Assembly: GCA_020443425.1 (NCBI GenBank) | Contig: JAGRIE010000014.1 | Coordinates: 12,119-76,118 of the forward strand | Direction of reading: 5' to 3' | Source: Halioglobus sp. | Lineage (GTDB): Bacteria > Pseudomonadota > Gammaproteobacteria > Pseudomonadales > Halieaceae | DNA: 64,000 nt | Shown: positions 41,813-51,428 of the stretch, one piece after another | Position numbering within the stretch: the stretch's first letter is position 1 | How the letters are laid out: each line of letters opens with the position of its first letter | Notes under the pieces: generated by a model | What the model was told of the DNA's origin: nothing | Databases searched by the model: none | What the model saw: the letters and a program-made list of their open reading frames with translations, nothing else | Translations under genes and position numbers: made by a program

Positions 41813-41945
41813 TCGAAGAATGCAAAACGTGGAATAGTTCACAGCCCTGTGTGCACCCGGCCGTGCGGGGATCGAGTTTGGAATGGGGGCTCCACAGCCG
41901 GCATTTTTCGCGCTATCCTCCCGGGTTCGCCAAAGGAGAGAGCCG

Positions 41946-42323
41946 ATGATAAAACAATCTGTAAGCGCCGTGGTGTTCAGCCTGCTGGCCGCGATGCCCG
42001 CTGTCCACGCCGATGAACTGGCCGATGCGGCACAGGCCTTGTGTGAGAAAGTGAAATCCTGCGCGATGGCGCAGATGGAGGGGCAGGAGCTCACCCCCGA
42101 GACCCGCCAGATGATGCAGCCCATGCTGGACAGCATGTGTACGCAAGTCCGCAGCAGGGTCAGTGCAGTGCCTTCCAGTCACGCCTTGTACCAGCCGGCA
42201 GTCGCCTGTATGCAAAGCATGAACACACTGACCTGTGAGAACATGCAGGATGCAGGTGAGATTGTGACCCCGGAATGTGAGGAATACGAGCAGCTGGTGA
42301 GTGAGTCCGGCGCCGCGAACTGA
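41946..42323 (+). CDS. Exported Cys/Met-rich hypothetical protein (125 aa)
   Basis: RBS AGGAGAG; signal peptide ending VHA|DE; 6 Cys and 9 Met in the mature part. Confidence 0.8.
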   Translation: MIKQSVSAVVFSLLAAMPAVHADELADAAQALCEKVKSCAMAQMEGQELTPETRQMMQPMLDSMCTQVRSRVSAVPSSHALYQPAVACMQSMNTLTCENMQDAGEIVTPECEEYEQLVSESGAAN

Positions 42324-42352
42324 AAATCACTGAATCAAACGGCATAACTATT

Positions 42353-44674
42353 ATGAAAAAAATCATTGCCGCGCTGGTCTGGGTGAACCTGTCAGCGTTT
42401 ATTGTATCGGGCTGCAGCAACAGCAGCGACAGCGACAATCCGGCAGCCGCGGCTCCCGTTGTTGTCCCGGCAGATGAAAATTCAGTGTTTGCGGTGGCGA
42501 ATGGCTGCTATGCCATTTCGGGGGATGGCGGTGGGAGCTTCCTGTCCACACTGGACTATCCGATACGAGACCCCGATACCGGCAATGTGACGGAGGTCAG
42601 CGCTGCTGTGGCGCTCGATTCCAACGCCAGCCGCTTTTTGTTCAGGCCCTCCGACCTCGGCAAATACCTGCTCTACGACGACAGGAATAGCTACCTGAGC
42701 TCGGATGGCGAGCGTCTGCTGGTGCAATTGCATCTCGCGTCGGATATCGGCGAGGTCGAGGGAGAGGTGGTGGTCGAGGACCACAAGCAGTCCGAGGGCG
42801 AATGGCAGTTGCGAGCAGCGCCGGATGGCAAGTTTACGCTGCAACACATCCTGTCGGGAGCTTACCTCGGAAATGGCGGGGCAATGGTGGCTGAGGCGGA
42901 AGCGGCCATGTTGTCGCTGCACGAGCAGTCCGACTGCGCGGTCTTTCCGGAGCTGACCGTGGATGCCAGCGGCGAAGTGAGCGTCACCGAGTTTGAAGAT
43001 GGCTCCCTGTACGGGTTTGTGGAGACGCACTCCCACCTGTTCACCAACCTGGGCTTCGGCGGCGGCGGGGTTTTTCACGGCGCGCCTTTTCACCCGCTGG
43101 GCGTGGAGCACGCGCTGCCCAGCTGTGAGTTGAATCACGGTGTCGACGGCCGCAAGGATTTCATGGGCGCCACCTTCAACGAGGGCGTGGGTGATTTCAA
43201 TGACCTGCTGCCGGCGGTCGCTGTTGGCCAGCTGCCACAGAAGGATCACGACACGGACGGCTACCCGACCTTCACCTCCTGGCCAGCGGCGCCGCACAGC
43301 GCCACCCACCAGGTGCAGTACTACAAGTGGCTGGAGCGCGCCTACCTGTCCGGGCTGCGGCTGTTGGTGCAGCATGCGACCACCAATCAGGTGCTGTGCC
43401 AGCTGGTGACGGGTATCGGCGCCAACCCGAAACGCTACGATTGCAACGACATGATCGCGGTGGACAGAATTATTGAGGCGACCTATGCGCTGGAGCGCTA
43501 TGTCGATGCGCTGGCCGGCGGCCCCGGGAAGGGCTGGTTTCGTATCGTGTTCAGCCCTGCGGAGGCGCGCGAGCAGATCAAGGCCGGCAACCTGGCGGTG
43601 GTGCTGGGAATTGAGACCTCTGATTTGTTCGACTGCTTCCTGGTGCCGTTCGGTGAGTTCAGCAAGTGCACAGAGGCCGATGTCGTCGCCAAGCTGGATG
43701 ACTACCATGCCAGGGGCGTGCGCGTAATTTTCCCGGTGCATAAATTTGACAACGCCTTTTCCGCCGGTGATGGCGACAGACGGGTCAGCGACGTGGGTAA
43801 TTTCGGTCACACCGGGCATTACTCCAACTTCGTAGAGTGTCCTCCGGAATTGCTGACATTTCCGGGTGGTTTCGACAAGGGCGGGCTGAACTTCGCTAAT
43901 CTCAACCACCCGCGTGAAGTCTACGATTCGCCACCGCCATTTGATGTCAGCGGTTTCGACAAAAACCCGATTGGGGTGCTGCTGCCGAATCTCAGCTTAC
44001 TGGGTGGCGGGCGACTGGAAGGCGAGTACTGCCAGAACCACGGCCTCACCGATTTGGGTGAATTCCTGATGACGCAGCTGATGCAGCGCGGCATGATTAT
44101 CGAAGTCGATCACCTGCCCCGAAAGAGCTACCAGCGCGCGTATGAGATGCTCGAGGAGAATGACTATCCCGCCGTGGGCAGCCACGGGCGTCACAACAAC
44201 GGGCGCCTGTACCAGCTCGGCGGCATGTCGAAGTTCAATTTCGGCCGCTGTCGATCTGCCGATACCGCCGCCACCATGGATGACGGCCTGCAGGAGCGCG
44301 TGCAGCTGATGCGTGACGCCGGTGCCTTCGAGGCAGAGGGTTTCGGCTTCGATCTCAATGGTTTCGCCGGTGCGCCGGGGTCTCGGTTCGGCGACAGGAG
44401 CAACTGCTCTGATCCCCAGTCTGACCCCATTACCTACCCGTTCAAGTCCTATGCGGGTGACGTGACACTGGAGCAGCCGGTGGTAGGCAACCGCGCCCTG
44501 GACTTCAATACCGAGGGTCTGGTGCACCTGGGTCTGGTCGCCGAGCTGATTGAAGACGTGCGACGCGACGGTGTCACTGACGAGGAACTGGAGCCGCTGT
44601 TCAAATCCGCCGAGGGCTATATCCGTCTGTGGGAGAAATCTGAGCGCCGGGGTGAACAACTGCGCCAGCCCTGA
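42353..44674 (+). CDS. Lipoprotein amidohydrolase, peptidase M19 / sphingolipid ceramide N-deacylase-like, copy 1
   Basis: Lipobox VSGC; metal ligands THSH, GIE, PVH, VDH, SHG, GFD. Confidence 0.8.
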   Translation: MKKIIAALVWVNLSAFIVSGCSNSSDSDNPAAAAPVVVPADENSVFAVANGCYAISGDGGGSFLSTLDYPIRDPDTGNVTEVSAAVALDSNASRFLFRPSDLGKYLLYDDRNSYLSSDGERLLVQLHLASDIGEVEGEVVVEDHKQSEGEWQLRAAPDGKFTLQHILSGAYLGNGGAMVAEAEAAMLSLHEQSDCAVFPELTVDASGEVSVTEFEDGSLYGFVETHSHLFTNLGFGGGGVFHGAPFHPLGVEHALPSCELNHGVDGRKDFMGATFNEGVGDFNDLLPAVAVGQLPQKDHDTDGYPTFTSWPAAPHSATHQVQYYKWLERAYLSGLRLLVQHATTNQVLCQLVTGIGANPKRYDCNDMIAVDRIIEATYALERYVDALAGGPGKGWFRIVFSPAEAREQIKAGNLAVVLGIETSDLFDCFLVPFGEFSKCTEADVVAKLDDYHARGVRVIFPVHKFDNAFSAGDGDRRVSDVGNFGHTGHYSNFVECPPELLTFPGGFDKGGLNFANLNHPREVYDSPPPFDVSGFDKNPIGVLLPNLSLLGGGRLEGEYCQNHGLTDLGEFLMTQLMQRGMIIEVDHLPRKSYQRAYEMLEENDYPAVGSHGRHNNGRLYQLGGMSKFNFGRCRSADTAATMDDGLQERVQLMRDAGAFEAEGFGFDLNGFAGAPGSRFGDRSNCSDPQSDPITYPFKSYAGDVTLEQPVVGNRALDFNTEGLVHLGLVAELIEDVRRDGVTDEELEPLFKSAEGYIRLWEKSERRGEQLRQP

Positions 44675-44761
44675 CAGCAAAATTGGTAAGGCCACATTGA
44701 TCTCAGGTATGATTCCACCTGAGGTCTCCCCGCTCCCTGCTGAAATAACGATGGTCTGACT

Positions 44762-47095
44762 ATGCGACTCCCCTTCATTCGATTTGTTTATCTCACCCTG
44801 TTGGTACTGCCGGTGATCGCCTGCAGCAACGGCAGCAACAATAACGACAGCAAGCAGCCCGTCACATCGGCCCCAGAGCCTGTGGCGCCTGACGAGCAAT
44901 CAGTGTACGCGGTGGCGAACGGGTGTTTTGCGATATCACCGGATGGTGGTGCCCGCTTTCTCTCTGTGACCGAGGCGGTCGCCGCAGATGAGGGCTCCGC
45001 TGACGCGGTCGTCGGTTCTTTTGGGCTGGGCGCAGATTCTGCCGCAGAGGGCGCCCGCTTCCTGTTGCGTCCGTCCGACCTCGGCAAATACCTGCTGTAT
45101 GACCAGAACCACGGTTATCTGGTATCCGACGGCAACAGCCTGCAGCGACAGGTCGCACTGGCTTTCGATGTGCGAGCAGTCGATGACAAGGTGGTGGTGG
45201 ATGCGGATATGCAATCCGAAGGGGAGTGGCAGTTGTGGGCGGCGCCGGATGCACAGTTCCTGCTGCAGCACGTTCAATCGGGTAACTACATCGGCGCGGA
45301 GGGCGCGCTGGTAGCGGCAGCGGATGCGGCCGAGCTGCAGTTTGTCGCGCAGGATGCGTGTGCGACATTCCCGGAGTTGACACTGAATGCCACCGGCGAA
45401 GTCACGGTCACCGAATTTGACGACGGCTCGGTTTTCGGCTTTGTCGAGACCCACGCCCACCTGTTCACCAATCTCGCCTTCGGCGGCGGCGGGGTGTTTC
45501 ACGGTGCGCCCTTCCACCCGCTGGGTGTGGAGCATGCACTGCACGACTGCGACCTCTCACACGGTTTTGAGGGGCGCAGGGACCTGATGGGCGCGGGTTT
45601 TTCCGGCGGCGATATCAACGCGCTCCTGCCGGCACTGATCTCGGGTGAACTGGCGGAGAAGAACCACAATACCGATGGTTACCCGACGTTCACCGACTGG
45701 CCCAATGCGCCTTCCAGTTCTACCCACCAGGTGCAGTATTACAAGTGGCTGGAGCGCGCCTATTTATCTGGAATGCGTCTGCTGGTGCAGCACGCGACCA
45801 CCAATGAGTTCCTCTGCAAGCTGGCGGTAGGGGTGGGCGCCCAGCCAAAACGCCATGACTGCAACGACATGGTCAATGTCGATGCCATCCTGGACGCCAC
45901 CTTCGCGATGGAGCGCTATATCGATGCGCTGTCCGGTGGCCCCGGCCAGGGCTGGTTCCGCATTGTCTACAGCCCGGAGGAGGCGCGCGAGGAGATTGTT
46001 GCCGGGAATCTTGCCGTGGTACTCGGTATCGAGACCTCTGTGCTGTTTGACTGCTACCTGGTGCCGCCCGAAGGCTTCAGCAAATGCACTGAGGCCGATG
46101 TGGTCGCCAAGCTGGACGAGTACCATGCCAAAGGTGTTCGAGTGCTGTTCCCCGTGCACAAGTACGACAATGGTTTTTCAGCCGGCGACGGGCATCGCGG
46201 CATTATCGACATCGGCAACTTCGGGCACACCGGGCACTTCAACAATTACATCGAGTGCCCCAGCGAGTTGCTGACCTTTCCCGGCGGGTTTGACACCGGA
46301 GGCCTGGCTTTTTCCGCCCTCAACCAGCCGCGCGATGTGTATGACGCCGCGCCGCCAGTGGATGTCAGCGAGTTCGAGCAAAAAGTCGTCGGCACGCTGT
46401 TCCCGTATGTGGCGCTGATTTCCAGCGGTCCGCTGGCAGGGGAGTACTGCCAGAAGCACGGGCTTACTGACCTCGGTGAATTCCTGATGACTGAGATGAT
46501 GAAGCGCGGCATGATTATCGAGGTCGACCACATGCCGAGAAAGAGTTACCAGCGCGCCTACGAAATCCTGGAGGAGTACGACTACCCCGCGATGGGTACG
46601 CACGGCCGCAATAATAACGGCCGCCTGTACAAGCTCGGTGGCATGTCCAAGTTCAATTTTGGTCGCTGTCGCTCGGCCACCGCCTCCGCCACCATGGATG
46701 ATGGTTTCCAGGAGCGTATCCAGTTGATGCGGGATATGGGCACCTTCCCGGCCGAGGGCTTCGGCTTTGATTTTAACGGGTTTGCCGGTGCCCCCGGTCC
46801 GCGCTTCGGCGACAATGCCCGCTGCTCCTCTTTGCAGACGGATGAGGGTGTTACCTACCCGTTCAAGTCCTATGCCGGTGATGTCACACTGGAACAGCCG
46901 GTAGTGGGGAATCGTACGCTGGATTTCAATACCGAGGGGATGGTGCACCTGGGCCTTGTTGCGGAGTTGATTGAAGACGTGCGCCGTGACGGTGTCAGCG
47001 ATCAGGAACTCGAACCGCTGTTCAAGTCCGCTGAGGGTTATATCCGCGTGTGGGAGAAATCCGAGCGCCGCGCGCTTGATATCACCAAGCGCTAG
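44762..47095 (+). CDS. Lipoprotein amidohydrolase, peptidase M19 / sphingolipid ceramide N-deacylase-like, copy 2
   Basis: Lipobox VIAC; THAH, GIE, PVH, VDH, THG, GFD; long peptides identical to copy 1. Confidence 0.8.
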   Translation: MRLPFIRFVYLTLLVLPVIACSNGSNNNDSKQPVTSAPEPVAPDEQSVYAVANGCFAISPDGGARFLSVTEAVAADEGSADAVVGSFGLGADSAAEGARFLLRPSDLGKYLLYDQNHGYLVSDGNSLQRQVALAFDVRAVDDKVVVDADMQSEGEWQLWAAPDAQFLLQHVQSGNYIGAEGALVAAADAAELQFVAQDACATFPELTLNATGEVTVTEFDDGSVFGFVETHAHLFTNLAFGGGGVFHGAPFHPLGVEHALHDCDLSHGFEGRRDLMGAGFSGGDINALLPALISGELAEKNHNTDGYPTFTDWPNAPSSSTHQVQYYKWLERAYLSGMRLLVQHATTNEFLCKLAVGVGAQPKRHDCNDMVNVDAILDATFAMERYIDALSGGPGQGWFRIVYSPEEAREEIVAGNLAVVLGIETSVLFDCYLVPPEGFSKCTEADVVAKLDEYHAKGVRVLFPVHKYDNGFSAGDGHRGIIDIGNFGHTGHFNNYIECPSELLTFPGGFDTGGLAFSALNQPRDVYDAAPPVDVSEFEQKVVGTLFPYVALISSGPLAGEYCQKHGLTDLGEFLMTEMMKRGMIIEVDHMPRKSYQRAYEILEEYDYPAMGTHGRNNNGRLYKLGGMSKFNFGRCRSATASATMDDGFQERIQLMRDMGTFPAEGFGFDFNGFAGAPGPRFGDNARCSSLQTDEGVTYPFKSYAGDVTLEQPVVGNRTLDFNTEGMVHLGLVAELIEDVRRDGVSDQELEPLFKSAEGYIRVWEKSERRALDITKR

Positions 47096-47159
47096 CACCG
47101 TGCGATTGTGTGATGCTGTCTGTTGTTGATGGGTTGATTTGCTGAGTAAGGAGACGTGT

Positions 47160-48101
47160 ATGAGTGCGAAGGATGACAGCCAGAATCATGCCGAACGAAT
47201 AGGCCGCTTGCCCCAGGGGGCCGGTATTGAGTGGGACACGCGGCGTAAGTTCCGGCTGGCCGGCTATCGGTTTCATATGCCGCTGTCGCTGGATCGACTT
47301 TCCCGCAGCGGCAAAAATGAAAAGAACTACGCCGACAACGTCTTTTTCCTGCTCAAGAGCCCGGACATCATCGCCCGATATCTGGGGTTGTTGCGAGAGG
47401 CCAAATTAAAAAATGTAGTGCAGCTAGGCGTGTTTCGCGGCGGCAGTGTCGCTTTCCTGCAGCTGCTGGCGAGGCCTGAGCGTTTGCTCGCAATGGAATT
47501 GCACCCGGAAAGGCAGGTTTTCCTCGACCGGTTTATCGACCATGAGGGTTTAGGGGAGTCTGTACGCGTTGAGTATGGTATTGATCAGGCAGACACTGAA
47601 AACGTGGCTCGACTGGTCCGGGAAACCATGGGGCGGGGGCGCCAGATTGATTATGTGTTTGATGATGCATCGCATATGCTGACGCCCACGCGCAGTTCCT
47701 TCGAAACGCTGTTTCCCCTCATCCGCCCCGGCGGTGCCTACATTGTGGAAGATTACGCAGCAGCCCAACTGGTTGTAGGGGGTTTCCAGCAGGCGGCCAG
47801 CGGTAGCGATTCAGACAGGGAAGTTTTCAACCACCTGTTGGCGCATTCGCTGCAGGCGGATCACCAGCCCGTTCATCTGCTCGCAGTCGAGGCGATGCTG
47901 GCATCCATCAACGACCCCGGTATTGTGCGCAGGGTGGTGGTGGATAGGCAGTGGCTGAAGATTGTGCGCGGCGTCAGGGAGATCGACCCGGCAGAGGGAT
48001 TTGATCTGCGCAGGCTCGCGAATGATCGCTTCGGGCTGCTGGACAGCTCACCGGATGCCGAGTTTAAAACGTACCTGGATGCAAATTCACGTTCCGGCTG
48101 A
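47160..48101 (+). CDS. Class I SAM-dependent methyltransferase (Methyltransf_24/CmcI-like)
   Basis: VVQLGVFRGGS motif I; YVFDDASH; LIRPGGAYIVED. Confidence 0.75.
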   Translation: MSAKDDSQNHAERIGRLPQGAGIEWDTRRKFRLAGYRFHMPLSLDRLSRSGKNEKNYADNVFFLLKSPDIIARYLGLLREAKLKNVVQLGVFRGGSVAFLQLLARPERLLAMELHPERQVFLDRFIDHEGLGESVRVEYGIDQADTENVARLVRETMGRGRQIDYVFDDASHMLTPTRSSFETLFPLIRPGGAYIVEDYAAAQLVVGGFQQAASGSDSDREVFNHLLAHSLQADHQPVHLLAVEAMLASINDPGIVRRVVVDRQWLKIVRGVREIDPAEGFDLRRLANDRFGLLDSSPDAEFKTYLDANSRSG

Positions 48102-49400
48102 CTTCGCCGTCCTTCTCTGTTGCAGGAACCGTGGCGTATCGCTGGTCATATCGACCACCGGGTAACATTCGCTCGAGATTGCGTTCATCAGCGACATCAG
48201 TGGTTTGATGTGCGGCCCCAGAACCAGTTTCCCGGTGTTCATCAGGCTGACTGCGATATCCCGCTGTGGGTCCGCCCAGCCAAAGATATTGGCATAACCG
48301 AGATGTCCATACGCGTACTGCGTATCCAGCCCATAAATGCCGACCGGAGACCCCCCCAGCATAAATCCGGCGCTGTAGCGCATCGGCAGCATCAGTGAGC
48401 GGTCAAACTGGAACCCTCCCAGAGGCCGGACCGCCTGGTGCACCGTCAGCGGGTCGAGAATATTTTTCCCCTGCCACTGTCCCTGGTTCAGCAGCATCTG
48501 GTAGAAACGACTGACTTCCTCAGCGGTTGCAAACAGGTTGGCAGAGGGGATGACAGCCTTGTAGAAGCGGGGGTCATTGGTCATCGCAACTACCGTATCA
48601 GGGTGAGCACCCAGTACCGACGCGAGTGCGCGGTTGATCAGCGAACTGTCCAGGCCGGTAGCGGTGTTGACGGCAACATGTGGCTGGTCGCGTTTGTTCA
48701 GGCCGAAACGGAAGTAGCGCATGCCCATCGGTTTGCTGATATAGCGGTACAGGAACTGCTGTGCGTCCAGGCCGGTGGTGATCTTGATCAGCTCGTTGAA
48801 AATAAACCCCGAGGTAACCGCGTGATAGCCCTGTACACGGGCATTCGCGTCGGTGGGCGCGGCATCGCAGATCAGCGCCAGCGCACCGTCGTGGTCGTAG
48901 AGCAGGTCGAGGTCTGTCCCGGGCGGGATTTTCGCGATGCCGCTGCGGTGGGTCAGCAGTTGCAATATCGTGATACAGCCCTTGCCTTTGGCTGCGAACG
49001 CGGGGATGTAGTGGCTCACCGGGTGCAACAGGTTGACCTCGCCCTGCTGTGCCAGCAAATGGATGAGCACGGCGCTCACTGCCTTGGATGCGGAGAACAG
49101 GCACACGGGTGTGTTGAGTGTGGCGACCCTGTCCTCGGCCGCGTGCCCGAAAGTCCGGTTGATAACGATCTGTCCGCGCCGTCGCAGACACAGCGACAGC
49201 ATCGGATAGGCGCCGGAGCGGTACAGGTCTTCGCAGGCCCCAAGCACACGCGCCACCGCCTCCTCGCTGAGATCAGCGGCCGCCGGGTTTACCTCAGCTG
49301 CGGTGTCGATGTCTGCCAGGCCTCGCAGGTCTTGCGGTACCGGGACAGTCCTGAAGACTCTTCGACGGAGGTTTTCACGGTATTGGTATGTGTTTATCAC
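48087..49400 (-). CDS. Serine hydrolase, beta-lactamase/family VIII esterase
   Basis: FSASK (SxxK), LLTHRSG, QGYHAVTSG, YGHLG. Confidence 0.9.
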   Translation of the reverse strand: MINTYQYRENLRRRVFRTVPVPQDLRGLADIDTAAEVNPAAADLSEEAVARVLGACEDLYRSGAYPMLSLCLRRRGQIVINRTFGHAAEDRVATLNTPVCLFSASKAVSAVLIHLLAQQGEVNLLHPVSHYIPAFAAKGKGCITILQLLTHRSGIAKIPPGTDLDLLYDHDGALALICDAAPTDANARVQGYHAVTSGFIFNELIKITTGLDAQQFLYRYISKPMGMRYFRFGLNKRDQPHVAVNTATGLDSSLINRALASVLGAHPDTVVAMTNDPRFYKAVIPSANLFATAEEVSRFYQMLLNQGQWQGKNILDPLTVHQAVRPLGGFQFDRSLMLPMRYSAGFMLGGSPVGIYGLDTQYAYGHLGYANIFGWADPQRDIAVSLMNTGKLVLGPHIKPLMSLMNAISSECYPVVDMTSDTPRFLQQRRTAKSAGT

Positions 49401-49503
49401 ACGGCACCTCTTATGTAGTTATTTCAGTGGAACCATCAATCATATCGCATGCGATCGACTCACCCTTGATCTGTCGCAAGGACTTGGGTGGCGAGCTCAT
49501 CAC

Positions 49504-50466
49504 TCAGTCACCGAAGAGACCCGAATCCACGTGAAAAATGGCGAACGGGAGCTCCAGTGGTTTCTTCAGGACGTAGTTCACCACATCGCTCTTGATGACG
49601 TAGAGCCGGGATTCGGCAACTGTCGCCGTCGACAGGCCACTTTCCTGCGCTACATTGACCACCTCGCCGGTCCTGAAGTCGGGGCCGGGACGGACGCGGC
49701 TGACACTGTCGCCGGAGACGGCGTAGAGATCCCCATCCAGTACGGCCAGGCCATCGGGGGAGGGGAGTGCATCGCCGCTCAGCGCGATGGGTTCAATGCT
49801 GTCCCCGTCGGGCAGGCCGACACGGAGCAGGCCGGCCGGGAAAAACACGGCGACGATCAGTGCACTGCCGTCGGGACTGAGTGCAATGCCGTTGAGGCCG
49901 AGCCCCGCACCGGTAACGTCCCTGAACAGTGGGTCGGTGGCGAGGATGTCGCCCACGCCGGTGTCCGGGTCGAGCCGGTAGAGGAAGGGGTTGGCCGGGT
50001 CGGTGACGTAGGCGACTCCCTCGCTGTTGAGCACCAGGTCATTGCAGGATGCGTTGGTATTGATGGCGCCCAGGAAGAACTCCATGACCCGTTCCGCGCT
50101 GTCCAGATCGAAGACCCAGACGCGGCTGTCGCCACCATCAACACCCTGGGCACAGGCCCAGAGCCGCCTGCGCTCGGCATCGACCTTGGTGCCGCCCACC
50201 TGGGCGCGATTGTCCGCGGCGCGAAACACGGTCTCGCGGCCCCCGGCATCGATACGCACGATGCCGCCGCCCTGCAGGCTGGTGGTGTAGAACGCACGCT
50301 GTTGCGGGTCGAATGCGACGCCTTCAGGGACGCTGTCAGGGCTGCTCAGTTCATACCGCGCGGACAGCGGCACCTGTGCCGCTGCAGAGTGGCTGGAGTC
50401 GCTGGAGTCGCTGCAGGCTGTCGCGATGATGACGGTGCAGGCGAGGAGTGCCAGATGGTTGCGCAT
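49504..50466 (-). CDS. SMP-30/gluconolactonase-like six-bladed beta-propeller lipoprotein
   Basis: Lipobox ATAC with Ser-rich linker; PEGVAFD, CNDLVL..G.AYVTD, LNGIALSPDG, PDGLAV. Confidence 0.82.
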   Translation of the reverse strand: MRNHLALLACTVIIATACSDSSDSSHSAAAQVPLSARYELSSPDSVPEGVAFDPQQRAFYTTSLQGGGIVRIDAGGRETVFRAADNRAQVGGTKVDAERRRLWACAQGVDGGDSRVWVFDLDSAERVMEFFLGAINTNASCNDLVLNSEGVAYVTDPANPFLYRLDPDTGVGDILATDPLFRDVTGAGLGLNGIALSPDGSALIVAVFFPAGLLRVGLPDGDSIEPIALSGDALPSPDGLAVLDGDLYAVSGDSVSRVRPGPDFRTGEVVNVAQESGLSTATVAESRLYVIKSDVVNYVLKKPLELPFAIFHVDSGLFGD

Positions 50467-50579
50467 ATCGTGGTTGCCCCTGAGTCGTCTTTATCTTGTG
50501 CGCTACTGAATACCGTATGGTCAGAAGCTGTCAAGCTTTTCATGAAACCCGGGTACAGGCCGCGTGGTCCTGGAGGCGG

Positions 50580-51326
50580 CTATGGGTCCGTCCAGGCGTC
50601 TGGAGGCGGCGTCGGAATCAGCTCGTAGTCCCAGGCGGCGATGGTCTCCACATGCTGCTGGAATACGCTGTTGAGGCCGGCAATCTGGTCGGCGGTCAGG
50701 GCCGCTATCTTTCTGCTGTTCAGGTCGGTGATGGGGCGGTTGCGGGTGCCGTCGATGGAGTGTATTTCAAAGTTGGCCGATGGATCCATATCGGACAGCG
50801 CCGGCATAAAGTCCGCCAGTTGACCACAGGCTGTCGCGGGGTCCTGTACCAGCGATTCGTAGGTTATTACCAGCGTGTCTTGCAGCGCGTTGGCGTTGTC
50901 CAGTTGAGTGCGCAGGCACATCATCGAAAAATTGGCCGCCCGGGACGGTGTCCAGTTGTTGCGCCGCATCAAACCCTCGGCCTGCGCGTAGGGGTTCCTG
51001 ACCATCACGATAAAACGCACCGGGTCGAAGTGTGCCAGGATCTCGTGCGGGCGAATCAGGTTCGGTGGACTTTTTTCCAGCAACACCGGTTTGCCGCTGT
51101 CCCAGTAGCGCTCCCAGACCCGCTTGATGTCAATCCAGGGCAAGGGATGATCACGCCGCCAGGGCTTTTCGCGCATGATGTGCTCCAGCTCGGGAAGAAA
51201 CTGGCCCTCCGTCGGCAGCGCCGATACATTCGCCGAGGTCGACAACAGCTTCCACAGCAACGTGGAGCCACTGTAGGGTGGGCAGAGCACAAACAGGTAG
51301 GTCGACATCGAATCCAGCCGGGCCAT
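50580..51326 (-). CDS. Sulfotransferase family protein
   Basis: PAPS loop CPPYSGSTLL, LEKSP, VRNPY, TYESLVQDP. Start may be 51308. Confidence 0.85.
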   Translation of the reverse strand: MARLDSMSTYLFVLCPPYSGSTLLWKLLSTSANVSALPTEGQFLPELEHIMREKPWRRDHPLPWIDIKRVWERYWDSGKPVLLEKSPPNLIRPHEILAHFDPVRFIVMVRNPYAQAEGLMRRNNWTPSRAANFSMMCLRTQLDNANALQDTLVITYESLVQDPATACGQLADFMPALSDMDPSANFEIHSIDGTRNRPITDLNSRKIAALTADQIAGLNSVFQQHVETIAAWDYELIPTPPPDAWTDP

Positions 51327-51428
51327 CGGTGAGGTGAGCGAGGACTTGCTTTAGGCAGCACACTAGCAGAGCATGACCGCATGTTCCAGCGCCTGTGGGG
51401 CTGGGAGTTTCATTCAGAGGAGAACGTT

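Noticed and set aside
44698-44725. Hairpin CTCAGGT-N8-ACCTGAG between the tandem amidohydrolases
   Set aside because: It has no U-tract and no second copy; it may be a stability element, but nothing supports a specific call.
49444-49455. Perfect 12-bp palindrome ATCGCATGCGAT upstream of the serine hydrolase
   Set aside because: 6-bp-arm palindromes are expected many times by chance in 64 kb, and no promoter context supports it.
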